Assembly (NCBI RefSeq): GCF_001194135.2
Contig: NC_068982.1
Location: 34,638,099-34,684,578, forward strand
Source of the DNA: Octopus bimaculoides
Taxonomy: Eukaryota
Direction of reading: 5' to 3'
Length of the DNA stretch: 46,480 nt
Below are positions 32,870 through 45,999 of this stretch, piece by piece; the first letter of the stretch is position 1, and every line of letters starts with the position of its first letter. The notes beneath the pieces were generated by a model. That model was not told the DNA's origin, did no database searches, and worked only from the letters and a program-made list of their open reading frames with translations. The position numbers and the translations under genes were made by a program.

Positions 32870-33068
32870 TTAAGATCATAGCCCGTATTCCTGGGATGAT
32901 TACTGTACAGTCCGTAGTATCCATGGACATCGGGTAGATCGTATTCATGCATTCATTTCTTCCGACGATATGGCATTAACGGATGTTTAAGTGAGGGGGT
33001 TGTTTATCAATTTTGACCAATAAAAAGGTTGACTTTAATCATCGAAGGAATACGGACTATGATCTTAA
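32870..33068. mobile_element. Kolobok-like MITE (TTAA TSD, RR termini)
   Basis: TTAA at 32870-73 and 33065-68. TIR gatcatag(c/t)ccgtattcct..gatgatta is about 29 bp, with one mismatch in the outer part and a 2-nt internal mismatch. Confidence 0.65.
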
Positions 33069-33386
33069 GATTCATATTATTACGATACACGTGTATGTGA
33101 GTGTGTGTGTATGTGTGTGTGTGTGTGTGTGTGTGTAACTTTTACATTTGTTTGCTGGAAACGTTTTGAATATGCAAGTAAAGCTCCTATTCTATTACGC
33201 TGGCCACAGTCTAATGATGCTGACTAGTGAACCAGTTTTTTGGAGTTGCATCGAGCTGTACCAATATAATGTAGGATAAATATAGCCATAATAACAATAA
33301 TCATTGGACACATATATATGTACATATGAATAAATGTGCATAAATCCGTCTATCTATCTTTCTAACCATTTCTCTCTCTCTCTCTA

Positions 33387-33419
<33 letters not shown>

Positions 33420-34379
33420 GTATTTTATATATATATATATATATATATATNNNNNNNNNNNNNNNNNNNNNNNNNNNNNNNNNNNNNNNNNNNNNNNNNN
33501 NNNNNNNNNNNNNNNNNNNNNNNNNNNNNNNNNNNNNNNNNNNNNNNNNNNNNNNNNNNNNNNNNNNNNNNNNNNNNNNNNNNNNNNNNNNNNNNNNNNN
33601 NNNNNNNNNNNNNNNNTATATATATATATATATTTACATATACATATATATATATATGTATGCGCACGCACAAATGTGAGAATGTGTGTATGTGTGTGTG
33701 TGTACATATGTACTCATGCACATGTAAGTACAGTAAGAGAAAGTGGTGTGTGGATAAATACGAATGAATTCGCATACGTTTAATGAACGTACACCCAGAC
33801 TAGCTGCATAAATAGATCATGTGGTTAAACCACAGGAGTCTCTCTTCAGGACGAGCCCGAGAACAGCTCTATTTACACTGCGTGGATGAATGTATATTTA
33901 TTAAACAACGCATGAGAACCTACACTATATATGTGTGTGTATGTGCTCCTTCACACATACATAATACATACATACATATACATATATATTCAGATATGCA
34001 TACACATTATATATGCCAGGTCACGCTCCTAGTAAAAAGTAATCCAGTACATGTTGGGTCGTACGCGATAAAATCGACACCTGCACCAGGCCATCCGATG
34101 AATATAGGGTGCCAGTAACCCATTCAGGGCAGGAGCAAAACCCTTCAAAAAGTGGATGAATGCAGAATTGTGCCAATGACTATGTAGTAATAAAGTGAAG
34201 TGATATAGTAACACACTAAGATGGGGAATGATGGCGTTATCGAACGCCGTGAAACATAATACACTTGCGGTCTTTCGCTAAAATGAAGGTATTTTAGCTT
34301 TGTCAGCTCTTTCCTTCAAATAATTAAAAATAAGAGAACATGTATGCATACTTACGTAAGTACATACGTGCACGCGCGC

Positions 34380-34524
<145 letters not shown>

Positions 34525-35094
34525 AATTTTGAATTTTCCATTTGCAAACATATTTAGATATTCAATAGACAGAATTTTTCTAACAGATGAATCTTTAACT
34601 TGTTTATGTACTCTTAGGTGATGCATCAGTTTTGATCCTGTTCAGCCGATCTAATTCGCATTGCATTACATACATGTATTGCAGTAAATTAATTTTTTTG
34701 TTTTGCAATTCATGTTTGCATTAACCTTCAATTCCTTGTCATTCGTGAAACTTTTGGTTGTTCTCTATTCAAATATTTAAATTATCTCACACGTCCCACT
34801 ACGAGTGTCTCCGCCTTTGGTTCTCTGCAAAATTTCTAATTTGAAAGCTTGTCTTTGCTAAGAGACTTTTTTAAAGATTTGGTGGCTGTCTTTCGGTTGC
34901 TGATAATTTGCTAAGCTTTAATTATATTCCATACATGTCACGATTAATGTAAGACTGAAAGCTTCGTTTAGCTGAATATAAGATGCTCTGGTTTATAGGG
35001 TTATAGGAAAGATAAAGCAACCCAACTCCAATCAGCACCTACAGTCCAATGCGATTCTTACAATAGGCTGTTTAACAAACGATTTTAAGTTTAA

Positions 35095-35309
35095 CAGCTC
35101 TTTCTGTTATAAGTTGCAGTGGACTCATAGTTGAATACCTGAGTAACATCTTACAGCTTCACCGGAGCCTCGAATATGAAGTGCAATTTAATTGTAATTA
35201 TTCTCCCCCAAAAAGTTACATTTCATATTCGAGGTTCTGATGAATGTATGGGGTGTTACTGAGGCACTCAACTCTGAGTCCACCGCATCTTATAACGGAA
35301 ACAGCTGTA
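35095..35309. mobile_element. Tc1/mariner-type MITE with ~95-bp diverged inverted arms
   Basis: Right end ..cttataacggaaacagctg|TA mirrors left cagctctttctgttataag. The arms pair throughout (e.g. gcctcgaatatgaa / ttcatattcgaggt) around a ~27-nt centre. Confidence 0.75.
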
Positions 35310-35614
35310 ACCTAATGAGGATCATAAGATAATCGTTTATTCTTTGTCATCTCATTTTCTTATCACCGCTCTGTACTCGGCCAAGGCTTCGTTCTGAAGC
35401 AAATGTATATCGAGGTCTACACCAGATTATTAATCACACAACGCCTTAGCAAAATATTAAAATGCAAACATAAATATATGTACAACATACATCTCTCGCT
35501 CTCTCTCTGTATGTGTATGCATGTGTGTGCGTGAGTGCGTGTGTATAAATACACAAGTATACATACATGCATACATATACATACACACATACATAATATA
35601 CATACACATTTACG

Positions 35615-35764
<150 letters not shown>

Positions 35765-36077
35765 TACACACGCACACACCATCAATCTATCTCCGCCAGT
35801 CACCAAAATACAATACATTGTCGCTAGTACATTATACCGATGTCAACTCTTGGCTGTCAATATCGGTTGGCACGACACATTACAAACAAAGTGAGGCAGA
35901 GTAGAAAAGACGACAATGTGATTAACACTCAGAAGTGATCAGTTCAAGGCCATCATTAACAGAGTTTTTCTCTTGCTTCTCTCTTCATCATTCTGTACAT
36001 CAACTCATACCAAGCTGGCTTTACGTACGCACCTCTGTAATAAGCATGATTGGCTGTAACAGCGTGTGTGTGTGTAT

Positions 36078-36124
<47 letters not shown>

Positions 36125-36643
36125 ATGTATGTGTGTTTGTGTATGAGTGGAAAAGGACGCAGTTTTGGGTGTTTGTGATTGTGAATGTGTCTGAAAATAT
36201 GAACGTTTGTGAGTGAATATGTATGATCGTACGTGCGTGTGTGTGTGGTGTGTGTGTGTGTGTGTGTGTGAGTTTGTATGTGTGTGCGTGCGCGCGCGCA
36301 TGAATATATGCGTGTATACATGTTGCCGTACAAGCAAAAATGTACGTACGCGTGAATGTAAAGTTGTATGTGCGTATGAATCTGCATGATGGTAGATAGG
36401 CAAGGTTGTATGCGTGTATATGCCGTTTTCATACGTGCGTTTATGAGTGTGCGTATATGTATTTAAATGCGTGTTTGTGTGTGTGCAAGTGTGATGGAGC
36501 TAGCGTATGTGTGTGCGCGCACTAGCGGGCTTAATGTATGATGTGCGGGTTTGTGGGAATGTATTTTAGGGAATGTGTGTTTGTCAGTGCATGAGTCGTA
36601 GTTTAGGCTTATGTTTTAGTCATTTCAGGATAAACGCAAAGGT

Positions 36644-36684
<41 letters not shown>

Positions 36685-36711
36685 TCTGATTTTGCGTATC
36701 TTTTTGATTAA

Positions 36712-36925
36712 GGTGTTGGACTCATGAATGTAAGATTGTGGTTTCGATTCCTGAACCGGCTGATGAGTTGCATTCTTGTGCAAAACGCTTCATTTCACGT
36801 TGCTCCAGTCCACTCAGCTGGCAAAAATCCTGCGACGGATTGGCGTTCTTTCCAACGAGGGCCGGAGGAAATATACGCCACAAAATCCGGGAAACCGACC
36901 TTAAAAGCCTATGGCTCGGGAAGAT
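36712..36925 (+). mobile_element. SINE family C
   Basis: tRNA-like head (ggtttcgattcc B box) plus the central domain atttcacgttgctccagtccactcagctggcaaaaat. Confidence 0.8.
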
Positions 36926-37250
36926 CTTTTGGCTTTTTGCTATATACACACACATACAGGTATTTACATACATATACATGTATATATACACACACATATG
37001 CATAAATATATGTGCGTGTGTTTGTGCGTACGTATGTATGCATGTATACGTATTTATATCATTCAGAAGCTAATTGCAAAATCACACACGCACACAGGCA
37101 TACGCAAACGCATGCATGCGAACAGTTGCATGTACGAAGATTTATGGCTGCAGACAAGTACAGCACACACACAGCTAAACATTAACATAATCATATACAC
37201 ATACACTTAATAAAATTTTATGGCATCTCCATACAGAAAAATATATTCAA

Positions 37251-39157
37251 GTAGACTACCCGTGACCCGTTGGGTCACCTGGAAGTCTGAGTTTCCCACC
37301 AACGAAGTTTTGTTTTTGGTTTTGTTTTTTTTCCATGTTATTTCGCATACTTTCAACGAATGTGACATCGAAATCACGCGCAAACGGCTCCTTTCCCCAG
37401 AAAAAGAAAGATTTGGCTGCTATTTCTTGCATGCCCTGCTACCACGTAACAGCTATTTGCTATAAAGGGCTAGAAACAGCAGTTACGTGGTCGCAGGGCG
37501 TGTTAGAAATAGCACCAAAATCTTTGGAGGCGAGATAAGTTGAATGCACTCGAAAGAAACCTATGGAAAAAGAACTATTTCACACCGAGGTTACGAACGG
37601 GTCTTTTACGAAATATTTACCGTATTTTTAAAGTCATTTTCAATTAAAGATATTTTGCCCATCATAATGTGTCTAATGAAAAGGTTAGAGTGTCTTCCCT
37701 TCCAGGNNNNNNNNNNNNNNNNNNNNNNNNNNNNNNNNNNNNNNNNNNNNNNNNNNNNNNNNNNNNNNNNNNNNNNNNNNNNNNNNNNNNNNNNNNNNNN
37801 NNNNNNNNNNNNNNNNNNNNNNNNNNNNNNNNNNNNNNNNNNNNNNNNNNNNNNNNNNNNNNNNNNNNNNNNNNNNNNNNNNNNNNNNNNNNNNNNNNNN
37901 NNNNNNNNNNNNNNNNNNNNNNNNNNNNNNNNNNNNNNNNNNNNNNNNNNNNNNNNNNNNNNNNNNNNNNNNNNNNNNNNNNNNNNNNNNNNNNNNNNNN
38001 NNNNNNNNNNNNNNNNNNNNNNNNNNNNNNNNNNNNNNNNNNNNNNNNNNNNNNNNNNNNNNNNNNNNNNNTGTTCCGCGTGTATTCACATTTCAGTGGC
38101 ACCTTACTTTGAAAGTATTTTCCCCATTATAGGCCGGTTTGGCAATTTAAAAACTTACCCGAAAAAACCGTGCATCTCGGTAACCCGTGAACCGATTTAC
38201 GCAAAACTTATTTTATTCCGTTTGTATTCACATGTGTCTCCAATTCATGACATCTGCTTTTGTCTCTTTCCCTCTGTTTCGCCAGACGCTCAGCTCTCCG
38301 AGTGTCCGATTCCTGATCTCTTCTGCTTCTGTCTGTTTCCCTCTGTTCCACCAGATGCTCAGCCATTGCTTTATCAGTCTCATCGATCCTTTTATTCGCA
38401 TGCCTGTCCCGATCTTGGGTAAATATTTCGTAAATGATCCGTTCGTACTTCGGTGTGAAATAATTTTTTCCACGGGTTTTTTTCGAGTACATTCAACATA
38501 TCTCACCTCCAAACCCACCGCAAGCCACTTTCTTCCGGAAAAGAAAGGGGGAGGGGTTGTGGGGACTTTGGTGTTTCCCGGAAAACTCTGAGTTTCCCAC
38601 CAACGGAGTTTTGTTTCATGGGATTTGCTTTCTTTCTCAGGCTATTTCGCATACTTTCAACGAATGTGACGTCGATATCACGCGTAAACGGCTCCTTTAC
38701 CCAGTAAAGAAAATAATTTGGCTGCTTTTTCTTGCATGTCCTGCTACCACGTAACAGCTATTTCTGGTCCTTTATTGCAAATAGCTGTTACCTGGTAGCA
38801 GGGCGTGTTAGAAGTAGCAGCCAAATCTTTGGAGGTGAGATACGTTGAATTCACTCCAAAAAACCTATGGAAAAAAATTATTTCACACCGTGTTTACGAA
38901 CAGATCTTTAACGAAATATTTACCGTATTTTCAAAGTCATTTTCACTTTATAATATTTTTCAAATATGCCATAAAAAATTTTGTAATGGTATTCACTTGA
39001 AAATAATTCAAAAAGAAATTAAAATATTGTGTTTAAAGAAAACTAAAATATAAATACTTACTGTACAAACAACTTACATTTTTGAAATTACATTCACTTA
39101 AAAATATTTCTAAATGATTAAAATATTGTGTTTCATTGTTAATAGCATATAGATAGA
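37251..39157 (-). mobile_element. Non-autonomous Helitron derivative with internal duplication and inversion
   Basis: Minus strand: 5' A|TCTATCTATAT at 39157. The 3' hairpin gtgaccc-aac-gggtcac (37262-78) is followed by CTAC|T, one base from CTAG. A ~380-bp module is present twice (37287-37660, 38587-38970), and a ~100-bp part of it is inverted at 38415-38515. Confidence 0.65.
38253..38410 (-). pseudogene. STPR-type 23-aa repeat fragment (Helitron RepHel N-terminus-like)
   Basis: 69-bp DNA period (units start at 38253 and 38322). The translation ETDKAMAEHLVEQRETDRSRRDQ / ESDTRRAERLAKQRERDKSRCHE has the E1-R6-R9L10-R14-R20 spacing. Confidence 0.65.
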
Positions 39158-39237
39158 TAACGAATTAAAAGCCATGCTAGTCTAATAAACATTATCGACC
39201 GCACATACTCAAATTATGTGTTTTGTTTGTTCGCCAG

Positions 39238-39444
39238 TTAGCTGCGGTAAAAGGCCTGAAGGACGACTCCCTCATTGCACTGGGCGTCAAAACACCTGAA
39301 ACTCATAGACATGCGAGACAACTCGCCACAGATCCCATTCAGGAGCGATGGATACCGATATTTCACCATTTTTGTGGTTTATCATTCGAACCGGGGACGA
39401 AAAATATATATAAATACATCTCCCCACTAATATCAATATCATAA
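39238..39444 (+). CDS. Candidate exon LAAVKGLKDDSLIALGVKTPETHRHARQLATDPIQERWIPIFHHFCG..
   Basis: Acceptor gttttgtttgttcgccAG in a CpG-rich unique stretch. The frame is open to the stop at 39444. No convincing donor and no homology recognised. Confidence 0.2.
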   Translation, partial: LAAVKGLKDDSLIALGVKTPETHRHARQLATDPIQERWIPIFHHFCGLSFEPGTKNIYKYISPLISIS

Positions 39445-39595
39445 TCCTTTCAAATTTTGGTCCCAAACCTGCAGATTTTGAGGGGTGGGGGAGATTGATC
39501 TAATAGACCCCTGTACTCAACTGCTACTTATTTTATCGACCCCCTAATGGATGAAAAGAAATGATGACTTCGGCAGTATTTGAACTCGGAACACA
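39440..39595 (-). mobile_element. SINE family A
   Basis: ..ctcaactgctacttattttatcgaccccc..ggatgaaaag..cggcagtatttgaactc is the reverse complement of the core. Confidence 0.75.
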
Positions 39596-39911
39596 AAAAT
39601 ATTTCAACATATTTACACAGACATGACAGAAGAAAATAGACACCATATAAAGCATCGTTTTATGTTTATTCTAACTTGTAAAGATTTATATTTTTTAAAT
39701 CCTGTATATACGAGGATCTGTATGTAACGAAACATTTGTAGCGATTAAAAAGCTGCCTAACCGTACTTACTCTTCCTTTTGACTGTTTTACTCTTTACTT
39801 TTTACTTTTCATANNNNNNNNNNNNNNNNNNNNNNNNNNNNNNNNNNNNNNNNNNNNNNNNNNNNNNNNNNNNNNNNNNNNNNNNNNNNNNNNNNNNNNN
39901 NNNNNNNNNNN

Positions 39912-39958
<47 letters not shown>

Positions 39959-39964
39959 TAGATA

Positions 39965-40100
39965 GATTCAGACAGCTTTCGTCAACCAAATCCACCCGTA
40001 AAGCATATGATGACCCGGGGCTATTGTAGACGACACTTGCCCAAGGTGCCGTGTAGTGGGGCTGAACCGGAAACCGTGCGCTTAACCACAGTCATGCCCA
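39965..40100 (-). mobile_element. SINE family B head
   Basis: acacttgcccaaggtgccgtgtagtggggctgaaccggaaacc matches 20455-20520. Confidence 0.75.
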
Positions 40101-40557
40101 CTTCACTCTATATATGTGTGTGAATGCGTGCCTCTGTGTGTGTGTATGTGTGTAGTGTGTATGTGTGTCACTGTTTGTGTGTTTGTGCAAGTGTGTGTAG
40201 TTATCGAGCACTCATGCGTCGTTCTAGATAGGAGAGTCAATCTAACACATATGAAAACGCTATTATTTATTGTTTAACTTGATTCGTGATCTACTTTTCA
40301 AAAACGTTTATACATCCTTATGACGTCAACAACAACAACAACAACAACAACAGCATACACACATACGCACACACACAACACGCACATCAGTTCAAACACG
40401 CTATCTTAAAGGTAATGAATTTGTTTTTGACATTCAGTTTTGTGATTATTTAGGACGTTTTCCTGTTGTGGTCAGTCTTGCCTTCGCATAAGCCACTCTT
40501 TTAAACTTGCATTATAGTTTCTTGTATTATTTGATGTTTGTAAATTACAACACTTAC

Positions 40558-40690
40558 TTTCCGGCCCGCTCAGTTGACGTCTGTTGTACTCGGCGACACA
40601 GGTATCTTGTGCAACCGTGACTCTATCTTATGTTTCTTATTGTGCACCCAAATTGAAGCTCAAGTAACATCCTTTTTAAAATGATGAAAT
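40558..40690 (-). other. Candidate non-coding/UTR exon (133 nt)
   Basis: Acceptor cggcttttacttctttAG and donor AAA|GTAAGT; stops occur in all three frames. Confidence 0.25.
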
Positions 40691-40888
40691 CTAAAGAAGT
40701 AAAAGCCGAAGACATATATACATTGAAAAGAAGTCTTAAACTACAATAGCGTTGCGTTTGTAGTGTTATTACTCCTTGCAGGAGTAATAACTCTATTTCC
40801 CACTTCGGTCTGAATCCATTATCACACTGATGCTCTGATTCTCTATCGTCTCTGCTATTTATGCTCTCCGTTCTTGCCCGTTATTCAC

Positions 40889-40996
40889 CATATTATATAA
40901 TACATCCACAAATAACTTCATAATTCCAACGCTGATATTTTCATATTTACTACCATATAATGGCTTATTCAAAATTTCCTTCACACTCAATTTACC
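40889..40996 (-). CDS. Candidate symmetrical 108-nt exon GKLSVKEILNKPLYGSKYENISVGIMKLFVDVLYNM
   Basis: Acceptor gtttattttctttggttttAG, donor ATG|GTGAAT, phase 0-0, open throughout. Confidence 0.35.
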
Positions 40997-41213
40997 CTAA
41001 AACCAAAGAAAATAAACCCCACTCTCAAAAGTCTACGTAATGAGTTACAGTTTTTAACACATCGTTGAACCCATGATGTAATACTGGAAATTGAGCTACG
41101 GAAAGTTTACAACTTAAATGTTGAAACTCAAGACAGATATTCAGCACCATTAGATATCAAACTGAGTAACGATATATTATCACTGACGGATTTTATACTT
41201 TCATGCATTTCAC

Positions 41214-41266
<53 letters not shown>

Positions 41267-41357
41267 TTTTCTATCTATCTATCTTAAAATACATACACAC
41301 ATACATGCATACGCACGTTTATACAAACACATACACATAGATATAGATCTAAACATG

Positions 41358-41401
<44 letters not shown>

Positions 41402-41473
41402 AACACACACACACACACACACACATGTATATATTCTTTTGCTAGCCTTAGCAAAATATGGATAAATAAATAA

Positions 41474-41507
<34 letters not shown>

Positions 41508-42369
41508 GCGCTCGCGTGGTCCATCGGTTTGTGCATGTGTGCATGTGTGGTGCATCTGTTTGTATGTGTGTGCGCGCGTGCGTGCATGTATATGTATATA
41601 TATATATATATACACACACACATATATATATACACACATACTCACATACACACACACACATATATATACATATATACATATATGCATACATACACATAAA
41701 TAAGTTAGTCTCCAAAAGTATATCAGAATTCAATACACAGTTCCTGTTTTTAGACAGAGTGAATAAGTAATACCAAGTAGCTAAAATAGTGAAGGTGATG
41801 ACATTAATTTTGAATTATTCTTAGATTGATAGTTTGAAGAATATTATAGACAGGAAGGGGAAGAAATGCCACAAGGCTGCAATCTGATTTTGGTGCATCA
41901 TTAATAAATATTCCCAGAGAAAAATATAGTGTTTCATGCATACATGTTAATGGGAGAGATGGAAAATGCAAACGCTGATACATGGTGATGCAAAGAGAGG
42001 GTGAGAGAGAGAGAGGGAGAGAGAGGGAGAATGAGCGAGAGAGAAAGAGTCACAGAGAGAGAGATAGAGAGACTGTGAAAAGGAAGTGGGTGAGAGAGTG
42101 GAATAACTTTACATATACAGTCAGATACCGGATAAAGTATAATCAAGCTCCTGGATGGACTAATGCACACACGGAAACCAGCACTAACGTACACACACAC
42201 GCACACACACACACACACACAAGGACAAAGTGGCGCACAAACGCGCAGTTTATATGTGCGTATGTGCTTGTCTCTGTGACATGTATATATCAGACAATGT
42301 ATTCATGTATATAAATATATACATACATACACACACACGCGCGCGCGCACACGCGCACAAACACACACA

Positions 42370-42452
<83 letters not shown>

Positions 42453-42494
42453 TATGTATGTATATGCGCATACATATATATATATATATATATG

Positions 42495-42715
42495 TTGTTT
42501 TCTTCTTTTACTTGTTTCAGTTACGTGACTGTGGCCTTGCTGGAGCATCGCCTTCAAAGGTTTTAGTCGAACAATTCGACGCCAGGACTTTTTTTTGAGT
42601 ATTTATTCTATCGGTGTATTTTGCCGAACCGCTATTTTTCAGGGATGTAAACACATCAACACCGGTTGTCAAGCGGTGGTGGGGGACAAACACAGAAACA
42701 AACACACACACATAA
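42495..42715 (-). mobile_element. SINE family B, 3' part
   Basis: cttttacttgtttcagt..gactgtggccttgctggagcatcgcc..accggttgtcaagcggtggtggggg. Confidence 0.85.
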
Positions 42716-43151
42716 TATATATATATATATATATATATANNNNNNNNNNNNNNNNNNNNNNNNNNNNNNNNNNNNNNNNNNNNNNNNNNNNNNNNNNNNN
42801 NNNNNNNNNNNNNNNNNNNNNNNNNNNNNNNNNNNNNNNNNNNNNNNNNNNNNNNNNNNNNNNNNNNNNNNNNNNNNNNNNNNNNNNNNNNNNNNNNNNN
42901 NNNNNNNNNNNNNNNNNNNNNNNNNNNNNNNNNNNNNNNNNNNNNNNNNNNNNNNNNNNNNNNNNNNNNNNNNNNNNNNNNNNNNNNNNNNNNNNNNNNN
43001 NNNNNNNNNNNNNNNNNNNNNNNNNNNNNNNNNNNNTATATATATATATATATATATATATGCATGTATCTCTACATTCATACATACGCACGTGCGCACA
43101 CACACACACGTGCGCACGCATGTTGTGTGAATACATACACACATACACACG

Positions 43152-43185
<34 letters not shown>

Positions 43186-43807
43186 CACATATATATATAT
43201 ATAAACATACATACATATACATATATACATACTTGTATATATACGTGCATACATATATACATAATACACACATACATACCTGTATATATTCCATCATGCA
43301 TATTTTTGCATACATAATTTTTGGTGTATATATGTGTGTGGGGGGATGGGTGGATGTGAGTGTGTGTGTGCTTGCGTTTGTATAGATGTGTGTGTGTGTG
43401 TGTGTAACTTGTAACAACGAAGATATTAAAGAGGAAATATGCGTACGTGCGTGCGTGCTCCCTTGCTCGAACGTGCGTGCGCGAGAGGGAAAGTTCGTTC
43501 GTTCGTTCGTTCGTTCGTTTGAGAAAGAGAGGTTTAAGAGAGACGAGAACGGTGGGAGTAAACACAGACGTGGCAAGAAGGGGTTATAATGATGTTGCTC
43601 CGGCATTGCAGGCGGAGTCAGAGGGGCGAACGAAAGGGTAAAAGCAAAATGAAAGAATTGTTCGTCAGTGATGCAGTTGAGCGCGTCTCTTAGAGCGCGA
43701 CACCAGCAATGAGTCAGGCAGAATAAGATGGAAGATGTCAACTGGCATTCAATAACAAGTCGATTCTTAGTCAGAGAGAGAGAGAGAGAGAGAGACGACA
43801 GACAGAC

Positions 43808-43848
<41 letters not shown>

Positions 43849-44142
43849 GCGAGGGAGGTGGAGAGATAGAAAGAGGATACACCGCTATCTCCTCTTTGTC
43901 CCTACGAAAAATGCCTAAGCACTGCTGCGAATTGGCTCGTTGCATAGTTTTCATCTTGCTCATTGTAAGGGGTAGGGGAGTGAAGAGGACGACTGTCAAC
44001 AATTGTGCTGTTTTTATATCTTTGTATATACATGTATGTATGTATGTATGTATGTATGTATGTATGTATGTATGTATGTGTGTGTATATGCATACATACA
44101 CACACACACATATATAACTATGTATGGATGTTATGTATATAA

Positions 44143-44176
<34 letters not shown>

Positions 44177-44325
44177 NNNNNNNNNNATATATATATATAT
44201 ATATATATATATAGATATATGCAATATACATATGCATATGTATACACATATACACATGTGTGTATAGATTTATGAATGTATTTATATTTGTGTATATATA
44301 TATATATATACATACATACATGTCT

Positions 44326-44379
<54 letters not shown>

Positions 44380-44888
44380 TGCAAAGAATATATATGCATG
44401 TATACACACATATATGTACACATATACATATATATGTATATATACGCATACCTATAAATACATAGGGACACTGACCCCCCCCCCACATATACATTTACGA
44501 AATATCTATCTGTGTTTGTGTCTGTCTGTACATATGGTTACACACATACACTCACACACATACAGACGCACATACACACACACATATATGTGTGTGAGTG
44601 TGTGTGTATATATGAACGTATACTTACACATGCACTTACATGCACACACACCTACATAGACACACATTCACATGCATACGCACGCTTACGCACACACAAA
44701 AACATATACACACATACATACACGCCCAGTTGTTTTTTAGTGGGTATTTTGTTTTTCTGTTAGATACTTAACACAGATAAAATATTTTCATATGCCACAA
44801 AAATGTCTGACTAAGGTTTAATTCGGCAGCCATTGATGTCGAAATCATTACTTTGATATAAGGTAGTCTTATAAATACTATCACTCCC

Positions 44889-45007
<119 letters not shown>

Positions 45008-45210
45008 CGTGTGTGTACACGTGTGTGTATGCGTGTGTGTGTATGAGCATGGATATTGTGCTTGCGCGGATGCGTGTGCATGCATCAGTCGGTATATATG
45101 TCACTTTTGTCGCGATCTGTACATATGTGTGTGTATGTATGAGTATAGGAGAGTGTATTTTAGGTGTACATATATGTGTTTGTGTGTGTGCGTGTGTGTA
45201 TCTCTGTCTG

Positions 45211-45257
<47 letters not shown>

Positions 45258-45999
45258 TTATTTGTGTGTGTACTTATACTTACGCACTTATATGCACACA
45301 CTACCTACACTCACATGCGCACATAGACACTCATATATATATGTACATACATATATTTACAAACATATATGAATATTTATACATACATACATACTTACAT
45401 ACATACCTACATACATACCTACATACATACATACATACATACATACATACATACTTACATACATAAGTAAGCATGTGAATATGTGAATACGTTCTGTAAG
45501 TATGAATGTATACGTGCGCACGTGTATGCGTTTGTAAATGTAATTACGCGTGGGAATATACGTACGTATGTGTAGGAATTTATGTATGTATGCATGTATG
45601 TATGTATTCATATATATATTCATATATGTATGTGCATATGAACGTGAGAGAGCGCGTGTGTATGTGTAGGTATTGGTACATTTTCATTGGTGTGTGAATG
45701 TGTGCGTGTCAGTCTAAGTGTGTATGTATGGGAATGCGTGTATCTGCACATCCAAACGCGTGTGCGTTCGGTTCGTGTGTGCTTTTTCCGTTTGTGTCTC
45801 CGCGTACGCGCGCACGTGAGTGCATGTGTTTGCGCGTATTTCCGCACGTGCCTACGTATATGGTGCGTGTGTGGATGGGGCGGGTGGTTTTTCGGTGATG
45901 AACCAGACCAGACCAGACTCAATAACAAACAAATAAATAAAGGAAAATACCGAAAATATGTGAAAGAATTCACTGAAAAGAATGATAGCATTGACAATG

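Noticed and set aside
35233-35313. CTGATGA..GAAACAGCTGTA hammerhead look-alike
   Set aside because: Both motifs lie in the right arm of a Tc1/mariner MITE, where GAAACAGCTG|TA is the TIR plus TSD. There is no coherent stem II, and stem I is out of register.
36755-36795. CTGATGA followed by a short stem and AAAAC
   Set aside because: It lacks G12 of GAAA and is a mutated SINE family C segment.
42656-44257. 533-aa minus-strand ORF
   Set aside because: It spans two gaps and several microsatellites. The unique stretches (MSKMKTMQRANS.., TKNRLVIECQ..) show no recognisable domain, and stop-poor repeats inflate the length. The CpG-rich 43400-44000 patch could still be regulatory.
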